DNA from: Octopus sinensis
Taxonomy: Eukaryota
DNA length: 17,435 nt
Direction: 5' to 3'
NCBI RefSeq assembly: GCF_006345805.1
Contig: NW_021824858.1
Span: 1 to 17,435 of the forward strand
This document shows positions 9,264 to 17,435 of the stretch, piece by piece. Position 1 is the first letter of the stretch; every line of letters begins with the position of its first letter. The notes below the pieces were generated by a model. That model worked only from the letters and a program-made list of their open reading frames with translations. It had not been told where the DNA came from and did no database searches. Made by a program: the position numbers and the translations under genes.

Positions 9264-9624
9264 GCAGGCATGGCTGTGTAGTAAGTAGCTTGCTTACCAA
9301 CCACATAGTTCCGGGTTCAGTCTCGCCACGTGGCACCTTGTGAGTGGGTTTGGTAGACAGAAACAGAAAGAAGAGCGTCGTATGTGTGTATGTGTGTGTA
9401 TGTTTGTGTTCGTTGTGTTTGTCCCCCACCATCGCTCGACAACCGATGTTGGTGTGTTTACGTCCCCGTAACTTAGCCCAATACTTAACCTAGAGGCCGC
9501 TAGGATAAGTACTAGGCTCACAAGCAATACGTCCTGGGGTCGATTTGCTCGACTAAAAGCGGTGTTCCAGCATGGCCGCAGTCAAATGACGGAAACAAGT
9601 AAAAGAATAAAAGAAAATAAAAGA
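9264..9624 (+). mobile_element. SINE type B/C, near full length with a deletion in the core
   Basis: Head gcaggcatggctgtgtagtaag, B-box GGGTTCAGTC, internal (TG)n, 3' part cgtccccgtaacttag...ggggtcgatttgctcgac...gaaacaagtaaaaga. Confidence 0.92.
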
Positions 9625-10015
9625 ATCCACCATGCTGCATCTTATGATTTCGACATAACCCTAACACGGGTATTTATCGGGTACTAAGCCTTACCAAGGG
9701 ACCAAATGTGATCTGGCCCGGGGCTGCTTATTACCAGTTTAACACTTAGCCTCTGTTTACATGCCAACAAACCCGTAGCTGAGAGGATGGCGGATTTTGC
9801 TACTCCGAGTCATAGAAGGCCTGGGAACAATGATAGTTCAGAGGTGGTTCCACATTACTCAAAGCCTTGGAACTCTTGGACCATAGCTCCACTAGGGGAT
9901 GCTGCTTAAAGTCATCCCAAGGACAGATGAGGCTTTATGTATAATGGACGACATTATGCTGGCTGCGCGAAGTCGCATCGTTCAGTGCTTAGAGCGTCGG
10001 GATCATAACCATGAG

Positions 10016-10125
10016 AAGTGCAGAATATGTGGACAAGACAACACAACACAACAGAAAGTGATAAGTGCAGAATTTGTGGAGAAAACGGTGAAACCGTATG
10101 GCATATTACCAACCAATGTACGCCA
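10016..10125 (+). pseudogene. non-LTR retrotransposon zinc-knuckle fragment (probably RLE class, R4/Dong-like)
   Basis: Frame 10018 reads TTESDKCRICGENGETVWHITNQCTP, C-X2-C-X8-H-X4-C at 10066-10119; clade assignment from recall. Confidence 0.7.
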
Positions 10126-10161
10126 CATTTATGTTATATATATTATATATATATAACATTT

Positions 10162-10328
10162 CGCCAGGCGAAACGTTTAACGGTATTTTGTCTGTCTTTA
10201 CGTTCTGAGTTCAAATTCCATCTTTTCAGGGTCGATTAAATATGTATCAGTTATTTACTGGAGTTGATGTAGTCGAGTTAATCTATTTGTTTCTCCTTGT
10301 TTGTCCCTTCTATTGTGGGCAATAAATA
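10162..10328 (+). mobile_element. SINE type A, degenerate with internal deletions
   Basis: ggcgaaa...ggtattttgtctg...tacgttctgagttcaaattcc...gggtcgattaaat...tgtgggcaataaata. Confidence 0.85.
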
Positions 10329-10712
10329 ATTAAAGATTTAATTATATATATATATATTTATATAGTATTACTGAACCCTAATTATCGTTGCTGAACCCTA
10401 ATTATATGGTATTACTTAAACTTCTAAACTTCGTTGTGTGGTGAAGCAAATCGTTGCTGAACCCTAATTATATAGTATATAAAGTTCTACTGAAGAAGGA
10501 ATATATCTTTTTTTATAAGATTAAGTCCGAAATTGATTCAATATAGAGATAACGAAATTTAAATTTTCTAAAGGTTAGTTGCCCGTTTTCAGTTTCAATT
10601 TTCCTGTAACAAGCGGATTATAAGTGGATAAAACAGTGTATTTGGCTTTAGAATAACCCTCTTTAGCCCTTAATTATATGATGTATATATATATATATAT
10701 ACTATATATATA

Positions 10713-10927
10713 TACGAGGAGCCTCTAAAATGTTCCATGCTATAAGAGTATCACGAAAGTCCGAGCTGGAGGCCCAACGTACCGAGTGTTTTTACAGGCC
10801 TAAAAAAATCTGAAGGGGCCACAGCAGTAAGTGTGTGAATCTGAGAGGGGAATATGTTGAATAATATCATAATTAACTGATCCTCCTGTATTTTCTTTTG
10901 CGCAAAGCCTGAAACTTTTCAGCCGTA
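10713..10927 (+). mobile_element. mariner-derived short non-autonomous element (MITE-like)
   Basis: Left end TA-cgaggagcctctaaaatgttcc and right end gaaacttttcagccg-TA are degenerate inverted repeats; 10829-10864 encodes KCVNLRGEYVE*, the typical mariner transposase C-terminus. Confidence 0.8.
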
Positions 10928-10942
10928 TGTGTGTGTGTGTAT

Positions 10943-11005
10943 AAGGTGGTGCTCTAGCATGGCCACAGTCAAATGACTGAAACAAGTAAAAGAGTAAAAG
11001 AAGAA
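10943..11005 (+). mobile_element. SINE type B/C 3' terminal fragment
   Basis: aaggtggtgctctagcatggccacagtcaaatgactgaaacaagtaaaaga matches 9556-9606. Confidence 0.85.
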
Positions 11006-11330
11006 AATGTATGTAGGTATGTGTATGTACACACATGCATACATATCCATACCATTGGTCAGTCTGAGTTATGACCCAGCGCTCATTTTGGATTTTCTCT
11101 TCTCAAATTCGAGTTTGACTTTTTTATCCCCTCGTAGACAAGCAATAAAACAAGATAGCATATAAACTCATTAAAAGTCGATTTGTTTTAACTAGATTCT
11201 AAAGTATACAGTTCACTGTTTAACACAGCTTCACAGCTGTGCGAACTTTTGGTTGAAGAAATGTTTTATAGTGGATTGTTGTATACTTTCTGTGAACCAT
11301 ACATATAAATGCAGATAAAATAAATAATAA

Positions 11331-11580
11331 ATACGCCCTTTTTAAAGCCTAGCCAGGCTCATGGGCCCGGTTTCCCGGTTTCTATGGCGTATCTGTTCCC
11401 CAGCTGGACGGGATGCCAGTCCATCGCAGCGTTACTCATTTTTGCCAGGTGAGTGGACTGGGTCAACGCGAAATGAAGTGTTTTGCTCAAGAACACAATG
11501 CGTCACCCGGTCAAGGAATCGAAACCACAATCTTACGATTATGGTGCTGACACCCTAACCACTAAGCCACGCGACTCCAC
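11331..11580 (-). mobile_element. SINE type D, full length
   Basis: Minus strand: A-box TGGCTTAGTGG, B-box GGTTTCGATTCC, middle tgtgttcttgagcaaaacacttcatttc, 3' region near-identical to 8411-8516. Confidence 0.9.
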
Positions 11581-11634
11581 AATAGATGCAGATGATCTAA
11601 CTTAGATAAAATATGGGCGCAGACATGACTTATA

Positions 11635-11810
11635 GGAGCAGGTAGGACCGTGGTTGAAAAGCTCGCTTTACAACCGTGTGTCTGGGGTTCAATTCCATTG
11701 GGTGGTAGCTTGGGCAAGTGTCTTCTTTTATGACCTCGGGCCGAACCATGCCTTGTGGGAGTGGGGATCTGGTCGATGGAAACTGAGAGGAATTCCGTTG
11801 TGTATATCTA
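11635..11810 (+). mobile_element. diverged SINE type B/C head+core
   Basis: ggggttcaattcc B-box, cttgggcaagtgtcttct...ctcgggccgaacc.atgccttgtg...ggaaactga. Confidence 0.7.
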
Positions 11811-11821
11811 TATATGTGCTC

Positions 11822-11944
11822 CCAACAACATGGTTCCGGGTTCAGTCCCACTGCGTGACAATTTGGGCAAGGGTCTTATATAACCACGGGCTGGCAGAAG
11901 CGCTGTGAATGGATTTGGTAGACGGATAAATAAAAAGCCTGTCG

Positions 11945-11978
<34 letters not shown>

Positions 11979-12196
11979 TATATATATATATATATATTGC
12001 GTGGTGTGTCTTTGTATGTCTACCCTCATCACCGTCTGTCCCCGTAACATAGCAGTTCGGCAAAAGTGACCGATAAAATAAGTTCTAGGCTTAGGAAATA
12101 AGTCCTGGAATCAATTTGTTCGAATAAAACCCCTTCAAGGCGGTGGTCTAACATGGCTGCATTCAAGTGACTGAAATAAGTAAAAGAATAAAAGAA
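11822..12196 (+). mobile_element. SINE type B/C, 5'-truncated, internal (TA)n
   Basis: catggttccgggttcagtcccactgcgtg...ggatttggtagacgg...(TA)n...ccccgtaac...gaaataagtaaaagaataaaaga. Confidence 0.85.
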
Positions 12197-12256
12197 TATG
12201 TATATATATATATATACACACACATATACGTACATACACTCATATATATATATATG

Positions 12257-12305
<49 letters not shown>

Positions 12306-12330
12306 CGTGCGCGTGTATGTGTGTGTGTGT
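12197..12330. repeat. (TA)n/(TG)n microsatellite
   Basis: Direct reading. Confidence 0.97.
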
Positions 12331-12339
12331 TTATGTGCG

Positions 12340-12540
12340 CCTTTGTTTTTGTTTCCCACAACTGCTTGGCAACTAGTGTTGGTTTGTTTACGTTCCCGTA
12401 ACTTAGCGGTTCAGCTAAAGGAACTGTCAGAATAAGTTCCAGATTTCACCAAATAAGTACAGGGGTCGATTTGTTCGATTAAAAACCTTCAGAGCTGTGC
12501 CCCAGCCTGGTCGCAATTCGATAACTGGTGCAAGTGAAAA
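12340..12540 (+). mobile_element. SINE type B/C 3' half, diverged
   Basis: tgtttacgttcccgtaacttagcggttc...ggggtcgatttgttcga. Confidence 0.8.
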
Positions 12541-12644
12541 AATGAAAAAAATTGATCATAACTCTTATATGTTTAATCAATCACGATTGACTTGGGGCTA
12601 GCCTCAACAGCAACAAATGGTTAGCATTGAATGAAGGTAAATAA

Positions 12645-12790
12645 CGCCGTAACTTAGGGATTGGGCAAAATAAATCGATAGAATAAGAACTGGCACTTTA
12701 AAAATAAGTATTCGGGTTGATCTGTTCCACTAAAAACCCTTCGATGTGGTGGCCACAGTCCAGTGAATGGAACAAGTAAAAAGTAAAGCT
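12645..12790 (+). mobile_element. SINE type B/C 3' fragment, strongly diverged
   Basis: ccgtaacttag...gatagaataag...tggccacagtc...gaacaagtaaaa. Confidence 0.7.
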
Positions 12791-13099
12791 AAGAGATACG
12801 AACAGACCCAAGAGATATGACTGTCCAGTCGTATGCTTGTGACTTGAAACCAGAACGATGAAGCTTCGGTATCTCGCGTACAATCCTGTATTATCTTGGT
12901 CATCTCTGCTACACTAAACATTTTAGCCCACCCAACCATTATTTTTTTTTTATTATTATTTTTAGGTATATTTATATTTATATTATCCATCACATTTCCC
13001 TTCCGTCCACCCTGAAAGAAAGTGTCACGAATATACTGGAACTCCCAGGAAAAAACCAAAACAAAAACCTGCCTTTAAAAATTAACAAAAATATAGAAA

Positions 13100-13276
13100 G
13101 AAGGAAGATGAAGGGGAAGCAGGAGGAGGAGGAGGAGGAGAAGAAGATGAAGAAGGAGGAGGAGGAGGGGGAGTACAGAAACGAGCAGCAATGTCAACAA
13201 CAAGAACGTCAACAACATTCATCATTATCAAAGATACGAGGTGGGTGGGAAGGGCTATAACAATAATCAAAACAAA

Positions 13277-13309
<33 letters not shown>

Positions 13310-13339
13310 CATACATATATACATATATATATATGTGTG

Positions 13340-13375
<36 letters not shown>

Positions 13376-13376
13376 A

Positions 13377-13463
<87 letters not shown>

Positions 13464-13700
13464 AAATGCGATGGACATCTGTCATTAAAATTCCTGGCTT
13501 AAGTACTACGAAAATGGTAAATGCTGTCTGAGATGAAGAAATAACAGACCAGGCAGACGAAATAAGAAAGAAGGAAAGAAAGAAAGAAAGAAAGAAGAAA
13601 GAGAAGAAGAGAAGAAGAAGAAGAAGAAGAGAAGAAGAAGAAGAAGAAGAAGAAGAGATAAAGGATGAAGAAGAGAGAAGGAGTAGTAGGAGTAGGAGCA
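13100..13700. repeat. cluster of (GGA)/(GAA), (CA)/(TA) and (GAA)/(AAAG) microsatellites
   Basis: Tracts at about 13105-13170, 13277-13460 and 13560-13700. Confidence 0.93.
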
Positions 13701-13894
13701 GTAAGGCAGTTTGGACGATAGGAAAATAAACAAATGTCTACGAAAGAGTATATAATATATATCAGATAAGCTCTGTTTGATAGGTCCTGGACAGCAAATG
13801 ACCCAAGCTTTATTTTAACTTAATAGCATTTCGTTAGCGTGTCCACTGGAATAGTTTAAATATTCCTGGGGAATGGGGAGGCCAGGGAGCGCGC

Positions 13895-13915
13895 TCGTGC
13901 GTGTTTGTTTGTGTT

Positions 13916-13951
<36 letters not shown>

Positions 13952-13975
13952 GTGTGTTTGTGTGTGCGTGGTGTG
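13895..13975. repeat. (TG)n/(TTTG)n microsatellite
   Basis: Direct reading. Confidence 0.95.
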
Positions 13976-14108
13976 GGGTGGTTGGGTGTTTTCTCAAGGG
14001 GACGGTGAAGGCGATTTGTATGTTGTTGTGTTTGTTGCTGTTGGGATTCTATACAATATAGCTGTGGTGTCTTCATATTTAGCAACATACAACATACACA
14101 CACATATA

Positions 14109-14335
14109 CTCTTACTCTTTTACTTGTTTCAGTCATTTGACTGTGGCCATGCTGGAGCACCGCCTTCAGTCGAACAAATCGACCCCAGGACTTATTCTTT
14201 GTAAGCTTAGTACTTATTCTATCGGCACTTTTGCCGAACCGCTAAGTTACGGGGACGTAAACACACCAGCATCAGTTGTCAGGCGATGTTGGGGGGACAA
14301 ACACAGAAACATAAACACATACACACACATACATA

Positions 14336-14367
<32 letters not shown>

Positions 14368-14713
14368 AACACACACAAAAAACATCACACACACATATAT
14401 ATATATATATATAAACGACGGGCTTCCTTCAATTTCCGTCTACCAAATCCACTCACAAGGCTTTGGTCGGCCCGAGGCTATAGTAGAAGACACTTGCCCA
14501 TAGTGCCACGCAGTGGGACTGAACCCAGAACCATGTGGTTGGTAAGCAAGCTACGACGGGCTTCTTTCAGTTTCCATCTACCAAATTCACTCACAAGGCT
14601 TTGATCAACCTGAGGCTATAGTAGAAGACACTTGCCCAAGATGCCACGCAGTGGGACTGAACCCGGAACCATGTGGTTGGTAAGCAAGCTACTTACCACA
14701 GAGCCACTCCTGC
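14109..14713 (-). mobile_element. SINE type B/C with duplicated 138-bp head/core module
   Basis: acgacgggcttc starts at 14415 and 14553; 3' part 14109-14310; internal (CA)/(TA) tract. Confidence 0.92.
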
Positions 14714-14730
14714 TCATATATATATATGTA

Positions 14731-15150
14731 TTCTTTAATTCTTTTCTTCTTTTACTCGTTTCAGTCAAGTCACTACGGCCAAGCTGGAGCACCGCCTTCA
14801 GTCGAACAAATCGACCCCAGGATTTATTCTTTGTAAGCTTAGTACTTACTCTATTGCTTTTGCCGAACTGCTAAGTTACGGGGACGTAAACACACCAGCA
14901 TCGGTTGTCAAGCGATGGTAGGGGAACAAATACTGACACATACTCAAATATATACATACATACATATATATGTGTGTATATATATACGACGGGCTGCTTT
15001 CAGTTTCCGTCTACCAAATTCACTCACAAGGCATTGGTTGGCCCGAGGCTATAGTAGAAGACACTTGCACAAGGAGTCACAGAGTGGGACTGAACCCGGA
15101 ACTAAGTGGTTGGGAAGCAAGCTTCTTCCCACGCAGCCACTCCTGCGCCT
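14731..15150 (-). mobile_element. SINE type B/C, full length
   Basis: Minus strand starts aggcgcaggagtggctgcgtgg (A-box TGGCTGCGTGG), B-box GGGTTCAGTCCC, ends gaaacgagtaaaagaagaaaaga. Confidence 0.93.
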
Positions 15151-15304
15151 ATATATAAGAGAAGAAATGGAGCAACATATAACAATTAGAAGTTGATCAT
15201 GAGTATTGAATAATCATAATTCAATTATGGTTAAGATAACATTTACAGCTGTTTCAGTTTATTTTTTAGGTAAATTTGCGTTTATATATATATATATATA
15301 TGCA

Positions 15305-15390
15305 CTCGTGGCTGTGTGGTCAGACGCTTGCTTTTCCCCAATATGGTCTCAAATTCAATCCCACTACGTACTTTTAGCCTTAGTGTTCAT
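15305..15390 (+). mobile_element. degenerate SINE type B/C head
   Basis: gtggctgtgtgg...gcttgctt...ttcaatcccactacgt. Confidence 0.55.
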
Positions 15391-15574
15391 ATGAATAATG
15401 TCAGACATCAGGTTGACTGGGTAAATGAAAAAGCATGCAGTAATCCTTGCCTTAAAAGCGCAGCATAGTAATGCAGTGATAGATGTAATATAGAGATAGC
15501 TTCCTGAACGTTGCCCGATATTTTATTGTCAAAGTTTGAAAGGAACTGGAAGCTTCTGACATGAATCTATTACC

Positions 15575-15807
15575 TATTTCTTTACTACCCATAAGGGGCT
15601 GAACACAGAGGGGACAAAGAAGGTCAGACAAACGGATCAAGTCGATTACATCGACTCCAGTGCGTAACTGGTACTTATTTAATCAACCCCGAAAGGATGA
15701 AAGGCAAAGTCGACCTCGGCAGAATTTGAACTCAGAACGTAGCGGCAGACGAAATAGCATTAAGCATTTCGCCCGGTGTGCTAACGTTTCTGCCAGCTCG
15801 CCGCCTT
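15575..15807 (-). mobile_element. SINE type A, full length
   Basis: Reverse complement of 2311-2540; flanked by aatctattacc (15564-15574) and aatctattatc (15808-15818). Confidence 0.93.
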
Positions 15808-15818
15808 AATCTATTATC

Positions 15819-16216
15819 TATTTCTTTACTACCCACAAGAGGCTAAACACAGAGGGGACAAACAAGGACAGACAAACGGATTAAGTCGGTTATATCGACC
15901 CCAGTACGTAACTGGTACTTATTTAATCGACCCCGAAAGGATGAAAGGCAAAGTCGACCTCGGCGGAATTTTAACTCAGAACGTAGCGCCAGACGAAATA
16001 CAAGGGGCTGAACACAGAGGGGACAAACAAGGACAGACAAACGGATTAAGTCGGTTATATCGACCCCAGTGCGCAACTGGTACTTAATTTATCGACCCCG
16101 AAAGGATGAAAGGCAAAGTCAACCTCGGCGGAATTTGAACTCACAACGTAACGACAGACGATATACCGCTAAGCATTTCGTCCGACGTGCTAACGTTTCT
16201 GCCAGCTCGCCGCCTT
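15819..16216 (-). mobile_element. SINE type A, one head plus two bodies
   Basis: Second body restarts at tatttcgtc near 16000; flanked by aatctattatc (15808-15818) and aacctattacc (16217-16227). Confidence 0.92.
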
Positions 16217-17371
16217 AACCTATTACCAGCAGCAAAACGCCTGCATCGGCTTTCTAATACCATCAGAACACGACTTAATCTAAGAAATAATCGATAAAAC
16301 TCCCGAAAATTTAATCAGAGTCATTGGAAAGGAGCTCAAAGTTTCAGAATGCCTCATTAGAAGAGTTGAGCGTACATGAAGATATCCGGTAGATAGCATA
16401 TGTGATACAGAGGGGTTAGTTTGTGTCGAATAAGACAAGAGAGAACTGTTCGATCCATGTAAAAAAGCTTGATATACAAGTAAAAATACCAAGAGGCTAG
16501 AATCCTTTGGGGTCTTTTTTTTTTATCAGATGAGAAAAACTTCGGTTAGGACCAAAAGGTAAAACGAAGAATGAATGGGGTTTTAGATCATGTTAAAACA
16601 AAGTTTGTACTATAAAAATCATAGAAACAAGGGCGCTTTCGAACCAGTTCGTATCAAAAGAGCAACGTTTTATGAAGCAGCTAAATTCAATTAAAAACAA
16701 GAACACAACAAGAACACAAAAAAATAAAATAGTTTTTTGTACATATCAATTAAATGTTGCACCGTAATTGAAGACATTTTATGAAGAAGATATGGCTTAA
16801 CTCTGTTCAACCAAAAAATTAAGATTCTTTTTACCATTTAAACAAACATTGCACTGTAAATTAAAATTTTAAAGGCGTCTTATCTGGGAGATTTCTGGCT
16901 TGAAACTAATGAAACGCAATGGTACTGACGCAGAATGTAAACATTGGCTTCTAACAGACCGCCAGTTTGTTTTACGTGTGTGGTACACTGTTGTCACTTA
17001 AGTTTCTTCTTGCCTGGTGTTATTTTATATGAACGAAGTATTATTGATATTCAATGCTATCTTAGTAAATACTAAAAACTTTGAGAAGTAGTTGGTTTTT
17101 TTGTTTTAGTTTTTTTCTAAGAGACTTGCACTTCAGTTTAGAGAACACTGCTGTATTTGAATTATTCCTTAGAAGAAATTGAAACCTTCCCAATGTGTTA
17201 GAGCTTTTAATAATTGCTGATTTACGAGAACATATTCTGGTAAAAGAAGTGTGCCTTCTGAGCTATAAAAAACGGTAATAGTACGACCAATAGTATTAAA
17301 GAATGCTAAATTGTATGTATAACAGTATCTGGTAAAATGCAAATAGTACTGGATAGTTTTTGATATGCCAA

Positions 17372-17435
17372 ATGGTAAATTCCACCGAGGTCGACTTGCT
17401 TTTCATCCTTTCGGGATCGATACAATAAGTACTGT
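17372..17435 (+). mobile_element. SINE type A fragment running off the window edge
   Basis: aaattccaccgaggtcgacttgcttttcatcctttcgggatcgatacaataagtac. Confidence 0.85.

Larger units (their letters stand above)
15398..16585 (+). pseudogene. Tc1/mariner transposase pseudogene (DD37D/maT-like), N-terminus to first catalytic D, interrupted by two SINEs
   Basis: MSDIRLTG*MKKHAVILALKAQHS...FLNVARYFIVKV*KELEASDMNLLP | AAKRLHRLSNTIRT...IIDKTPENLIRVIGKELKVSECLIRRV/VHEDIR*IAYVIQRG*F...SDEKNFG*DQKV (SDEKNF at 16526-16543); the frame is restored across the TSD when 15575-16227 is removed. Family assignment from recall. Confidence 0.8.

Noticed and set aside
11117-11136. Mariner-like terminal repeat ttttatcccctcgta
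   Set aside because: No matching partner end or transposase sequence nearby; too short to call.
10371-11560. Scattered CCCTAA hexamers as interstitial telomeric repeat
   Set aside because: Never in tandem; some are simply part of SINE heads (ggttaggg).
12790-13070. Unique sequence with ORF 12730-13059 as a possible host exon
   Set aside because: No recognisable domain or convincing splice-site pair; the ORF runs into a SINE fragment. RNA-seq would be needed.
16590-17370. AT-rich stretch after the transposase fragment
   Set aside because: No recognisable DDD continuation, ORF, inverted terminus or repeat.

Overview
AT-rich, microsatellite-dense eukaryotic non-coding DNA made almost entirely of transposable-element debris. 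The SINE repertoire resembles what I recall from octopus/cephalopod genomes (inference, not verified). I find no intact protein-coding gene, true tRNA or CRISPR array; nearly all ORFs in the track are microsatellite translations or antisense frames of dead elements. Supported content: (i) at least four tRNA-headed SINE types (my labels A, B/C, D, OR-like) in about 20 full or partial copies, many nested or tandemly amplified; (ii) three degenerate RTE-clade LINE segments, two forming a precisely inverted reverse transcriptase (5617-6442 +, 5615-~4910 -), the geometry expected from twin priming; (iii) a CCHC-knuckle fragment of another non-LTR element; (iv) a Tc1/mariner transposase pseudogene interrupted by two SINEs at one target site, and a short mariner deletion derivative. 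The most notable signals are the inverted LINE, SINE-A arrays restarting at the same GGTATTT point, a 36-bp target-site duplication, SINE module swapping and a hairpin shared between SINE families. These are features of element biology rather than a demonstrated new host system.
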